Positions 1 to 10,725 of a stretch of DNA of 64,000 bases are shown in pieces. Position 1 is the stretch's first letter, and the number at the start of each line of letters is the position of its first letter. This DNA is from Polyangiales bacterium (GTDB lineage: Bacteria; Myxococcota_A; Polyangia; Polyangiales; JADJQN01), in assembly GCA_964202905.1 (NCBI GenBank), contig CAXNJO010000004.1, positions 32,001-96,000 on the forward strand, written 5' to 3'. The position numbers were made by a program, and so were the translations under genes. The notes under the pieces are model-generated. The model was not told where the DNA came from. It was given only the letters and a program-made list of their open reading frames with translations, and made no database searches.

Positions 1-398
1 AACGAGGCCGTCGCGTCGCGCGTCGACACGAGGATCGCGCGCAGCGCGCGCCGCTCCGCGAGGTCCGGCGCGTCCGGGCCGCGCACGATGGCCGCGTCGA
101 TGGCCTCCACCGCGGTCGCGTACTCGCCGCGGTGCAGGCGCAACACGGCGAGCTCGAAGAGCACGTCCGCGTCCTCCGCATGACGCGCAGCGAGCGGTCC
201 GAGCAGCCGCGCGGCCTCCTCGACCTGCAGCGCACCGAGCGCGCTCGCGGCCCGCAGCAGCACGCGTCCGTCCTCGCCCGGGGGCAGCGCGCGCGCCGAC
301 TTCGCGGGGCCCGCGAGCAGGGCGACGGCGCACACCGCCGCGAGCCCGGCGACCCCAGGCGTGACGCGGCGCGAGACACGAGACTTGGCGCACGTCAT
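1..398 (-). CDS. Secreted TPR-like protein, N-terminal part only (runs off the window edge)
   Basis: Not in the ORF track; translated by hand from ATG at 398, which overlaps the upstream stop (ATGA). Gives MTCAKSRVSRRVTPGVAGLAAVCAVALLAGPAKSARA (signal-peptide-like), then TPR-like helices DADVLFELAVLRLHRGEYATAVEAIDAAI. Confidence 0.7.
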   Translation of the reverse strand, partial: MTCAKSRVSRRVTPGVAGLAAVCAVALLAGPAKSARALPPGEDGRVLLRAASALGALQVEEAARLLGPLAARHAEDADVLFELAVLRLHRGEYATAVEAIDAAIVRGPDAPDLAERRALRAILVSTRDATAS

Positions 399-3300
399 CG
401 CAGGATGGCCTCGTAGTAGCGGCGCACCGCGTCCTCCCAGCCCGTCGGGGCGTCGTCGCCCATCGCGTCCAGCACGCGGCGGCGACGCTCCGCGGGCCCC
501 ACGAAGTCGGTGCCGTCCGGGATGCGCACCGCGTCGCGCGCCCAACTCTCGTCGCCGTTCGTGCCGCCGCCCGGCGTCCCGCCGCTGCCCGCCTCTTCGC
601 CCGCGCCGCCGCCACCCGCGCGGCTCCGTCGCGAGCGCTGCTCCTGCACGTTCTCGAGCAATTGCTCGAGGTGGCGGAGCGCCTCGTCCTGACCGCTCGA
701 CGCGCGCACGGGGTCCGCGTCCGAGAGCATCTCGACCGCGTCCCACATGGCGCGCGCCGCCGACCGGAGCGCGTCGGCGGCCTCGGCCGAGAGCGGCGCC
801 CCACTCGGTCCGACCGCGAAGCGCTGCGCGAGCGCGTCCGTCCCCTGCCGCAGACGCGTCTGCGGCGGGAGACCATCGCGCATCGCCTGGCGGTCGGCGT
901 CGTCCGCGAAATCGGCGACGCGCGGCATCGACCCGTCGATGGTCTGCCACAGCCCGTTCATCCGCTCTGCCGCTTGCCGCGCGGCGTCCGCGCGGGCCGT
1001 GGCGCGCGCGTCGGAGCGCCCGGCCATCTGCGCCTCGAGCGAGAGCGTCCCGCGCAGTTGCGCGAGCTGGCTCGTGGCCCGCTCCGCCGCCTGGGTCGCC
1101 TCCGTGATCTCTCCGGCACGGAGCGCGTCCTCGAGGTCGCGCGCGGCCTCCCGCGCGGTGTCGAGCGCCTCCTGCGCGTTGCCCTCGAGCGCCTCCCGCT
1201 CGATGCCCGCGAGCATGCGGCGGACCGCGTGCGCCTCTCTCGTCTGCGCCAAACGGGTTTCGCGCGGAACGGCCGCGGCGGCCTCCGCGGCGCGCGCCGC
1301 CATCCGGCTCCGCGTGGACTGCGTGCCCTCGAGCAGGGAGCGCTGCGCGTCGGTGATCCGCCGGAGCTCCGCGACGGCCTCCTCGACCGCGCGGTCGTCC
1401 TCACTGAACCGCGATTCAGCGAACTCCGACTCGCCCTCGGCGAGCGCGCCTGCCATCCGCTCGATGTCCCGTCCGAGCTCCGCGAGGCGCTGCGCCGCGG
1501 CCTCGAGATCGCCGCGTTCGAGGGCCTCCCGCAGCGAAGCCAGGGCATCCTCCGAGCGCTCGACGGCCGCCGCGTCGCCGTTCGCGAACTCGCCGGGCAC
1601 GTCGGTTCCCATCTGCGCGAGCCGCGCGCTCAGCTCGCGCATGCGCGCCTCCGCCCGCGCGAGCTCGGCGAGGAGCGCGCCGCGCGTGGCCTCGTCCGGT
1701 CGACGCCGCAGCTCCGCGAGCAGCGACGTCATGCGCTGCCGCAGCTGGTGCAGCTCGCGCGCGATCGTCGCGGCGTCCTCGAGGCGCGCGCGGGCGAGCA
1801 GATCGGCGAGCACGAGCGTGTCGCGCTCGATCCAGGCGACGGTGCGCGCGTCATCTGCGCTGCGCTCCGCGTGGGAATGCACCTCGTCGAGGTGGAATGC
1901 CCAGCGCTCGCCGACGGACCCGGCGGTGCGCGCGTGGATGAGCCCCACCGTGGCGGCGTCCGCACGCACGACGCGTGGATCCGCACGCATGGTCGCCGCG
2001 AGCGCTTCGAGGACGTCTGCGACGTCCGCGAAGCGCGGTGCGAGCGCCTCGAAGCGCGTGCGTGACGCCGCCGGGGACTCTGGGACCGGCTGCTCGAGGT
2101 GATCCGCGAGGAGTCCGAGCATCGCGTCGAGCGCCCCGCGCATGGCCTCGAAGGTCGCGGTATGCCGATCCGCGTCGCTCGCGACGGTCAGCGTGCGGTC
2201 GAGCGAACGACCGACGTTCGGGCCCGACACGTCGTCTGCGTCGCGCGCCTCGACGCGGATCACGAGGCGGTCGCCCGGTTGGGCGCCGAGCGCCGAGGCG
2301 ACGATCGTCGCCGTCCCCGAAGCGGTTGGGCCGCGTCGCGCACCCGTGTACGTACCGAGGCGCCTGCGCCCTTCACGGCCTGCGGCATCGACGATGACGA
2401 GGTCGACCTCCGTGATCGCGCCGTCGTCCTTCGCCGTCCAAGCGATCGGCACTTCCGCGTCGGGCTCGATCGTCCGGTCGCTCGCGGGATCGTCGAGCGA
2501 CACGCGCGGCGCCGGGTCGCGGAGCGCGCGCACCGTGCGTGCGCGGGCGTCGTGCAGCCATCGCTCCCCAGATTGAATGGCGAACGCGAGGGGCCCCGAG
2601 GTCCGCACCACGAAGCGCCCGGTGAGCGCGCCGCCACGGGCCGGGCCGAGCGTCGCCGAGCGGCCGCCGACTTCGACGGAACCTGCGCGCGCGGGCACGC
2701 GCGTCTGCACGGTGAGCTCGACCGTCGTGCCGATCGGCGCCTCGAGGTCGGTGAAGTCCGCGACGGACACCGCCGCGCGCCCGAGGTACGCGGGAAATAC
2801 GAGCCGCGCGTCGCAGCGCGCGACGATCGACGCGAGCGGCAGGCGCGCAGCGCCTTCGCGCGACGGGTGCGTGAGGGCCCAGGCGCCCACCCACGCGCCC
2901 GGGTGGAGCAGCCAGACGCCCGCGCACGCGAGCAGCGCGAGCGCGGCGCCGGCGACCGAGGGCGAGCGCAGCGCGCGCCACGGGAGCACGGAGGAGGGTG
3001 GCAGGGCCGCGAGCGCGTGCTCGACGCGGAGCGCGTGCGCGGCGATCAGGTCCGGGGAGATCGACGTGGATTCGGGGTCGTGCGCGAGCTCCGCGGCCGA
3101 GCGCGCGGCGGAGGCGAGGCCCCCTGGGGTCCCGGCGAGCAGCCGCGCGGCGCCAGGGCCAGCGAGCCGCCGCACGCCGCGCAGCGCCCACGCGGTCGCG
3201 CCGAACCCCGCGGCGCCGACACACGTCCAGGCGAGCGCCGCGACCGACCACGAGCTGATCGGTCCGGCGAGGAGTACGGCGCCCGTCAGCGCGAGCGTGG

Positions 3301-3460
3301 TCGCGGCGAGGCCGAGTACGAGCGCGCGTGTCCCCGCCTGCGCCGCTGCGCGCCTCCGGAGACGCGCGAGGTAGCGCTCGACGGGCGTTCGTCGCGATGC
3401 GGCCCATGACGCCCGCGGACCGGGGGCGCGCGGCGCGTCGGCGTGCGAGCGGCGAAACAC
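395..3460 (-). CDS. DUF4175-like membrane-anchored coiled-coil protein
   Basis: 1021-aa ORF with N-terminal TM segments, an Ig-like region (WTAKDDGAI...VEARDADDVSGPNVG), a long coiled coil, a Gly-rich linker and a PTGWEDAVRRYYEAILR end. Confidence 0.75.
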   Translation of the reverse strand: MFRRSHADAPRAPGPRASWAASRRTPVERYLARLRRRAAAQAGTRALVLGLAATTLALTGAVLLAGPISSWSVAALAWTCVGAAGFGATAWALRGVRRLAGPGAARLLAGTPGGLASAARSAAELAHDPESTSISPDLIAAHALRVEHALAALPPSSVLPWRALRSPSVAGAALALLACAGVWLLHPGAWVGAWALTHPSREGAARLPLASIVARCDARLVFPAYLGRAAVSVADFTDLEAPIGTTVELTVQTRVPARAGSVEVGGRSATLGPARGGALTGRFVVRTSGPLAFAIQSGERWLHDARARTVRALRDPAPRVSLDDPASDRTIEPDAEVPIAWTAKDDGAITEVDLVIVDAAGREGRRRLGTYTGARRGPTASGTATIVASALGAQPGDRLVIRVEARDADDVSGPNVGRSLDRTLTVASDADRHTATFEAMRGALDAMLGLLADHLEQPVPESPAASRTRFEALAPRFADVADVLEALAATMRADPRVVRADAATVGLIHARTAGSVGERWAFHLDEVHSHAERSADDARTVAWIERDTLVLADLLARARLEDAATIARELHQLRQRMTSLLAELRRRPDEATRGALLAELARAEARMRELSARLAQMGTDVPGEFANGDAAAVERSEDALASLREALERGDLEAAAQRLAELGRDIERMAGALAEGESEFAESRFSEDDRAVEEAVAELRRITDAQRSLLEGTQSTRSRMAARAAEAAAAVPRETRLAQTREAHAVRRMLAGIEREALEGNAQEALDTAREAARDLEDALRAGEITEATQAAERATSQLAQLRGTLSLEAQMAGRSDARATARADAARQAAERMNGLWQTIDGSMPRVADFADDADRQAMRDGLPPQTRLRQGTDALAQRFAVGPSGAPLSAEAADALRSAARAMWDAVEMLSDADPVRASSGQDEALRHLEQLLENVQEQRSRRSRAGGGGAGEEAGSGGTPGGGTNGDESWARDAVRIPDGTDFVGPAERRRRVLDAMGDDAPTGWEDAVRRYYEAILR

Positions 3461-3525
3461 GCGCCGAGCTTAGCAGCGGCGCGCACGCGGAGACACGGCG
3501 GGCGGCGGGCCGGGGCATGATCGCG

Positions 3526-3555
3526 TTGACCGTGTTCTGCGGCGGCAGCTACATT
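3526..3555 (+). promoter_or_regulatory. Putative sigma70-type promoter for the 3603 gene
   Basis: TTGACC-N18-TACATT in the divergent intergenic region. Confidence 0.45.
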
Positions 3556-3602
3556 GCGCCCACTCCGCGCCCCTTTGCGCGCGCCAGTAAAGGTTCATTC
3601 CC

Positions 3603-6143
3603 ATGCCTCCGTCCGAAGCGACTCGCGGGCTCGACGACCTCGCGCTGTCCGTTTACCTCGACCGTCTGTTCCGCGGTCGTCGCGTGCTCTGGCTCGGTGA
3701 CGCGGCCTCGGGTGGGCCGGACCGCGCGGCCCGCGTCGCTGCGAGCATCCTCGCGGCTGACCCGCACGCCATCGCCGACCGCGTCGAGCGTCACAATCTC
3801 CGCGTCGTCCGCCTCTCGCAGGGCGCCGCGCTCCCCGCCGGGCCGTACGACGTGATCGTCGTCGCGGACCTCGCTGGAATCGGCCTCGCCACCCCGGACC
3901 GTGTCCGTCAACTCGCGGCCGCGCTCGCGCCCGGTGGCGTGCTCGTCGCAGCGTCCGCGAACCCCGACGCAGGCGTGCGGCTCGGCCGCCCCAGCGACGC
4001 GACGCCGCCCGCGTACGAGGCGCTCTACGACCTGCTCGCGCAGCGCTTTCCCGCGGTGCGCATGCTCGGTCAGGCGCCGTTCGTCGGCTACACGGTCGTC
4101 GATTTCTCCACGTCGGGCGAGCCCTCCGTGGTCTTCGACGGGGCGCTTCTCGGCGACGCGAGCGAGGCCCCGGAGCGCTTTGTCGCGCTGTGCGGCGAGA
4201 CAGAGACCGTGCTCGACGGTTATGCCGTCGTCCAACTCCCGGCGCGCGCGGCGCTTGGCGCGGTGGTCGTCGCCCCGCCCACGTCGCCCTCGGAGGAGAC
4301 GGCCCAGCGTGAGCTCGGTGTCGCGCGTGACGAGATCCGCGCGGCTCGGGAGCGCGGCGCGCATCTCTCGCGCGAGCTGGACGACCTGCGCGCGCAGCAG
4401 CGGAGCACGCGTGCAGCGAGTGCCCCGCGCGTCGGAACGCTCGAAGCCGAGTTGCGCGCCGCGCGTGAGCAGATCGACGCCGCCAACGTCCACGCCGAGG
4501 AGCTCGAGACGACGCTCGCGCAGCGGACGGCGGCGCTCGCGGAGCTCGACGGTGAGGTCGAGCGATCGCGCATGGAGCTCGGTTCCGTGCGCGACGAGTC
4601 CGAGACGCGCGTCGCCGCACTCCGCATCGCGCGCGACGAACTCGAGAAGCTCCGTGCGACGCCGGTCGTGCCGCCCGGCGATCATGCCCGGCTCGAGGAA
4701 CTGCTCCGTGAGCGGGGGCGTGAACTCCTCGCGCGCGACGCCGAACTCGCCCGACGCGCCACGCTCTTCCGCGATCTCGTCGAGGAACTCCGCGCCCTGC
4801 GTGAGGGCCGCCTGATCGACGAGACCTCCGCGGCGGCCGATGTCGAGCGGCGCGTGGGCGAGTCGATGCAGCGCGTCACCGCGCTCGAGGCGCAACTGCT
4901 CGGCGTGCGTGCGGAGCGCGAGGCCGCGGTGCAGCGCGCGCTCCGGGCCGAGGCCGAGCGCACCGAGGCCGTGTTTCGCGCGGACGAGACGCTTGGGCGG
5001 CTCGCGGAGGCCACCGAGCGCTCCGAGCGCGTCGACGAGGATCGGGCGCGGCGGGAGGCGGAGCTGTCGGGCTTCGTGCGCGGGCTGCGAGCGCGGGCCG
5101 CGGAACTCGAGGAGTTGCGCGGTCAGGCCGAGGCTCGGTTCGCCATGCAGCGCCTCGATCTCGATGAGTCCGCGCGACGTCTGCTCGACGTCGAGCGCGC
5201 CCGCGAAGAGCTGCGCGATCAACTGGAGCTGCAAATCGTGCGAGCCTCGGGCGTAGGGCAGGCCTCCCCCATGGACGCTGGTCCGGAGGCACTCGACTTG
5301 CTGCGCGCCGAGCGCGACGGCTTGCGCGCGCGCCTCGACGATCGAGAGGCGGCGCTCGCGTCGCGCATCGCCGCCCCTGAACCCGGTCTCGCCGCGCGTC
5401 TCGAGGAGGCCGGCGCCCGCGCGGCCGTGCTGGTCGAGCGCCTCGGCGCCGCCGAGGTCGCCGCGGAAGCCGAGCGCCAGCGCGTCGTCGAGCTATCCGC
5501 CCGCGTCGCGCAGCGCGAAGCTGCGCTCCGTGGTCTCGAGGCGGACGTCGAGGTCCGCGACGTCGAGTTCCGCGCAGCGACGAGCCGCGTCGCTGCGCTC
5601 GAGTCGGAGGCGCGTCGCCTCGGCGCTGCGCTCGGTGAGGCGAGGGCGAGTCTCAGCGCGCTCGGCGCGGGCCTGGAGGCGGGCGCCGGAACCGGATCAC
5701 GCCCCTCGCTCGCGGGCGGGCTTGACGCCACGGGCGAGCCCGCGGAGCCGTCCGAACTTCCCGCGCTCCGCCACCAACTCGATGGTCTGCAGCACGAACT
5801 CCGCGACCGCGAACTACTGCTCCGTTCGCTGACCGCGCAACTCCAGGAGCGCGGCGAGCGTCTCCGCGCGCTCGAGCAGCGCGCCACCGCCGAGCCCACA
5901 GCCATGGCGTCCGTTCCATCCGAGGTGCGCCGTCTCGAAGAGCAACTGCGTGCCCGCGAGGCCGAACTCGCCCTCGTCCAAGGGCGGGTGCGGAGCACGG
6001 ACCGTGAACTCGTCACGGCGCGCGACACCGTCGCGGAGTCCCGCGCGGGCCTCGAAGAACTGCTCGCGTCCGCGACGACGCGCGGCGACGCCGCGGCCGC
6101 CGACCGCATCAGCGGGCTGATCCGCGCCCTCTCGCGCGTCTAG
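3603..6143 (+). CDS. Degenerate methyltransferase-like domain fused to a long coiled coil
   Basis: The N-terminal ~220 aa resemble a class I SAM-MT fold (RRVLWLGD, YDVIVV, LAPGGVLV). The remainder is E/R/A/L-rich heptad sequence. Confidence 0.65.
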   Translation: MPPSEATRGLDDLALSVYLDRLFRGRRVLWLGDAASGGPDRAARVAASILAADPHAIADRVERHNLRVVRLSQGAALPAGPYDVIVVADLAGIGLATPDRVRQLAAALAPGGVLVAASANPDAGVRLGRPSDATPPAYEALYDLLAQRFPAVRMLGQAPFVGYTVVDFSTSGEPSVVFDGALLGDASEAPERFVALCGETETVLDGYAVVQLPARAALGAVVVAPPTSPSEETAQRELGVARDEIRAARERGAHLSRELDDLRAQQRSTRAASAPRVGTLEAELRAAREQIDAANVHAEELETTLAQRTAALAELDGEVERSRMELGSVRDESETRVAALRIARDELEKLRATPVVPPGDHARLEELLRERGRELLARDAELARRATLFRDLVEELRALREGRLIDETSAAADVERRVGESMQRVTALEAQLLGVRAEREAAVQRALRAEAERTEAVFRADETLGRLAEATERSERVDEDRARREAELSGFVRGLRARAAELEELRGQAEARFAMQRLDLDESARRLLDVERAREELRDQLELQIVRASGVGQASPMDAGPEALDLLRAERDGLRARLDDREAALASRIAAPEPGLAARLEEAGARAAVLVERLGAAEVAAEAERQRVVELSARVAQREAALRGLEADVEVRDVEFRAATSRVAALESEARRLGAALGEARASLSALGAGLEAGAGTGSRPSLAGGLDATGEPAEPSELPALRHQLDGLQHELRDRELLLRSLTAQLQERGERLRALEQRATAEPTAMASVPSEVRRLEEQLRAREAELALVQGRVRSTDRELVTARDTVAESRAGLEELLASATTRGDAAAADRISGLIRALSRV

Positions 6144-6364
6144 CACTCGCACGGGTCGCGACGCCTCCGGGCGGCGCTGCTCGACGCGCGTGGCCGCCGC
6201 CCAGACGGCGCCGACGCAGCGTTCGAGGAGCGGACGGCGCCCGTGGCATCCGCCGCGCGGAAGCCCTCGAAGCGGTCCTCGCGCGGCGGCGAAGCGCGCC
6301 TGCGCGGCGACCGTGGGCGGACCGTGGACTCTTTCGACGGCGGACGCGCGAAACACAAACGAGA

Positions 6365-6392
6365 AGGCCCGCCCAGTTTCCCGGGCGGGCCT
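6365..6392 (-). terminator. Rho-independent terminator downstream of groEL
   Basis: Perfect 10-bp stem AGGCCCGCCC / GGGCGGGCCT with an 8-nt loop, followed on the minus strand by a T-rich tract (TCTCGTTTGTGTTT). Confidence 0.7.
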
Positions 6393-6478
6393 CGTCTCAT
6401 CGAGTCAATCGTGACGGGGAGACAATCGTATCGGACGTTGGCAGCGCCGCTCGCGCAGCGCCGCCTCGCCCGTGTGGC

Positions 6479-8119
<1,641 letters not shown>

Positions 8120-8148
8120 GTTCGTGTTCTCCTAGTTCCTACGCCGAT

Positions 8149-8439
8149 TCACTTGTCGAAGACCGCGAGGATGTCGTCTTCGCGGAGGATCAGGTGCTCT
8201 TCGCCGTCGACCTTGACTTCGGTGCCGTTGTATTTGCCGAAGAGCACCTTGTCGCCGATCTTGACGTCGAGCTTGCGGACCTCGCCCTTGTCGTTCACGC
8301 GGCCGTTGCCCACCGCGATGACCTTGCCCTCGATGGGCTTCTCCTTGGCGGTGTCCGGGATGATGATGCCGCCCTTCGTCTTCTCCTCTTCCTTGACGCG
8401 GCGGACCAGAACGCGATCGTGCAGCGGACGAATGCCCAT
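8149..8439 (-). CDS. groES: Co-chaperonin GroES
   Basis: [12 protein letters not shown]...[15 protein letters not shown]. Start placed at ATG 8439, downstream of GAGGGAG. Confidence 0.98.
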   Translation of the reverse strand: MGIRPLHDRVLVRRVKEEEKTKGGIIIPDTAKEKPIEGKVIAVGNGRVNDKGEVRKLDVKIGDKVLFGKYNGTEVKVDGEEHLILREDDILAVFDK

Positions 8440-8515
8440 GACGCTATCTCCCTCGTGAACGCCGGACCGGACCGAGAGGCCAGAGAGCCCCCCGGCCGGG
8501 CGGCAGAGCGGTTTG

Positions 8516-8542
8516 TCAGCACTCGCCAAGGGGGAGTGCTAA
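8516..8542 (-). promoter_or_regulatory. CIRCE operator (HrcA binding site)
   Basis: Minus strand TTAGCACTC-N9-GAGTGCTGA, one mismatch to the consensus TTAGCACTC-N9-GAGTGCTAA, upstream of groES. Confidence 0.93.
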
Positions 8543-8553
8543 CAACGGGCAGG

Positions 8554-8581
8554 AAGGTAATGCCTGCCTCCCCGGGGTCAA
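8554..8581 (-). promoter_or_regulatory. Putative groESL promoter
   Basis: Minus strand TTGACC-N16-TACCTT immediately upstream of CIRCE. Confidence 0.55.
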
Positions 8582-8600
8582 GGTGTGCGTCCGCGACGGC

Positions 8601-8651
8601 GGTGACTTTTCTGTAAACCGCTGGGATGACGGCGTTTTGGGTGACTTTTCT
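8601..8651. repeat. 12-bp direct repeat GGTGACTTTTCT x2
   Basis: Exact copies at 8601-8612 and 8640-8651 in the divergent promoter region. Confidence 0.8.
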
Positions 8652-8832
8652 CGGGTCGCGCGGGTCGCGGGAGGGCGCGCTGGCGCTCGCCTGCGGTGGC
8701 TGCCAGCGCAGGGAAGGGCGCCGCGGGGTGGGTCGGGCGCGCGCTGACGCCTTCTTTCGCTCCGGCCCCGCGCGACCGTATAGGAGGAGAAGCCGAACGC
8801 AGCGCGGCAGGCGCCCGCGCAAGGAGCCTCCG

Positions 8833-9432
8833 ATGATCGAACCCCATGCAGACGTGCGCGCGTATTTTCGTGAGCGGCTCGTGGACGCCCTCGAGCGGCA
8901 TCGGCTGCGCGTCGACGCCGGGACGGAGTTCTACCTCGTCAACCTCCTCGCCGGCTTCGCCGTCGCGCCCCCGCTCGACGCGCTCGATCGGCCGCTCGCC
9001 GAGCAGCTCGCGGAGGCGCTCGAGACGAGCGGGCAAGAGCGGCTCCGGCGCTTTCGCGGCCTCGGCGATGCGGCGCTCTACGTGAGCGGCTTCTTCGCGG
9101 ACCACCTCGCGCGCCGCGGCGTCACCCCCGACTACGCGGGCGCGATGGGCGGCCGTGCCTATCGCAGCGCGTCCGCCATCGTTCGGCTCGCGCCGCCGCG
9201 CGAGGCCGCCTTTGCGCCGGTGTACGAGGAGCTCGCGGCACGTTTCCCGATGTATGTCGACGTGCTCGCCGACGTGCGCGAGGCCGCGACGCCGCGCACG
9301 CCGCAGGAGATCGTGCGCCTCTACGAGCGCTGGAAGACGACGCAGTCGCCCGCCGTCGCCGACCGGCTGCGGCGCATCGGCCTCTTCCCCGCGCTCGACG
9401 CGGCGTCGCGCCGCGGGGGGACGCTGCATTGA
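8833..9432 (+). CDS. Conserved hypothetical helical protein
   Basis: AAGGAG RBS before ATG 8833. Contains the motif RGLGDAALYVSGFFADHL...DYAGAMGGRAY and GC3-biased codons. Confidence 0.8.
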   Translation: MIEPHADVRAYFRERLVDALERHRLRVDAGTEFYLVNLLAGFAVAPPLDALDRPLAEQLAEALETSGQERLRRFRGLGDAALYVSGFFADHLARRGVTPDYAGAMGGRAYRSASAIVRLAPPREAAFAPVYEELAARFPMYVDVLADVREAATPRTPQEIVRLYERWKTTQSPAVADRLRRIGLFPALDAASRRGGTLH

Positions 9433-10196
9433 CGCGCGGTCGCGCGACCTCGGCGACGTCGGCCCAACGACGCACATCGCGCCTCCCGAGGATGCGCCTC
9501 CCACGGGGGGCCCGGACGCTCGGGCACATCCAGCGTCGCCTCGAGCGCCTCTACGACGTCGCGCTGGACCATGCGGTGGAGGACTTCGTCGTGGACGAAG
9601 CGGAAGCGCGTGACGCGCTCGGGGCAGCGGCCGTGGCGCGCGGCGAGGTGCTGCTCGTGCGCGAGGATTCGGATGGCGTCGCGGTCGGCCTCTACGTCGA
9701 CGCCGCGGCCGTGCGCGCCATCTCCGGTCGGCGCGGAGACGCATGGAGCGACGAGCGCTTCGAGGCCGTCTGCCTCGCGACCGAGGGCGTGAGTCACTTC
9801 GTCTACCTGCTTTTCCGTGCTGGGAGCGAGGGCGATGTGTCGGTCCTCGAGCTCGAGCTGCAGGCCGAGGTCGACAAGTACGCGACGGCGCTGCTCGCCG
9901 GGCTCGGCGTCGGCGTCATCGCCTCGCGGGAGGCCGCGCACGCGCCCGGCGCCCTGCTCGCGCGGAGCCGCGCGCTGCGACGCCGGCTCTTCGACGACGC
10001 CGAACTCCGTGATCCGCCAGGCACGGAGGAGGGCGATCGCTACCGCGCGGCCATCGGCTTCGCGGCGCGCTTCGTCGCGCATCTCGAGCGCGCCTACGTC
10101 GCGAAGGGCGATCTCGCGTCGCTTTCGACGGCGCTGCGTCGCTTCTACCGCCTCGGCGGGCAGGCCAAGATCGCCGCGAGCGGCCGAGGCTTGTAG
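9429..10196 (+). CDS. Conserved hypothetical protein with a zincin-like motif (start may be 9492)
   Basis: TEGVSHFVY...VSVLELELQAEVDKY; abuts the upstream gene. Confidence 0.75.
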   Translation: MTRGRATSATSAQRRTSRLPRMRLPRGARTLGHIQRRLERLYDVALDHAVEDFVVDEAEARDALGAAAVARGEVLLVREDSDGVAVGLYVDAAAVRAISGRRGDAWSDERFEAVCLATEGVSHFVYLLFRAGSEGDVSVLELELQAEVDKYATALLAGLGVGVIASREAAHAPGALLARSRALRRRLFDDAELRDPPGTEEGDRYRAAIGFAARFVAHLERAYVAKGDLASLSTALRRFYRLGGQAKIAASGRGL

Positions 10197-10233
10197 CCGG
10201 GCCGCTCGCAGGGTGAACAGGGGTTTGCCGCGC

Positions 10234-10486
10234 TCAGGTGGACTTCTGCATGTCGAGGAGGCGCTGCTCCGCGATGAACTCCACCACGGCGTCGCGCACA
10301 GGGACGGCCGTAGTAGACCTTCTTCGCTGCGATCTCCCGGAGCGCGGTGATCGCCGCGCGGTTCTTGCTTTGCACGAGGGCCGGCGCGCCCTTCATCAGC
10401 TGGCGCGTGCGCTGCGAAGCGAGGATGCAGAGGGCGAAGCGGTTCTCCTCGTGCTCGAGGCAGTCTTCGACGGTGACGCGGGCCAT
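10234..10486 (-). CDS. rpoZ: RNA polymerase omega subunit, with an apparent +1 frameshift near 10301
   Basis: MARVTVEDCLEHEENRFAL...ALREIA. Removing one C in the run at ~10301 gives ...GRPVRDAVVEFIAEQRLLDMQKST* (83 aa). Confidence 0.9.
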
Positions 10487-10725
10487 GATGAAGCGCTCCT
10501 TGGAACTCGGCCGGGCGCGGGCCCGGCGGGAATCGACGCGGCACGAAGGGAGCCGGCGGGGGCCGTCTCGCCCCTCCACGCGGGGAGGCCGAACCTAGCA
10601 GCGGCCCCTCGCTCCTGCAACGGAGAAGGACTCTCGGGCGCGCCTTCCCACCGCGGCGCGCGCGTTCTGCGGGCTTTACTTCGACGCCGCGGGTCGTCTA
10701 GATTGTCCCTCCACCGAGGCCATCC

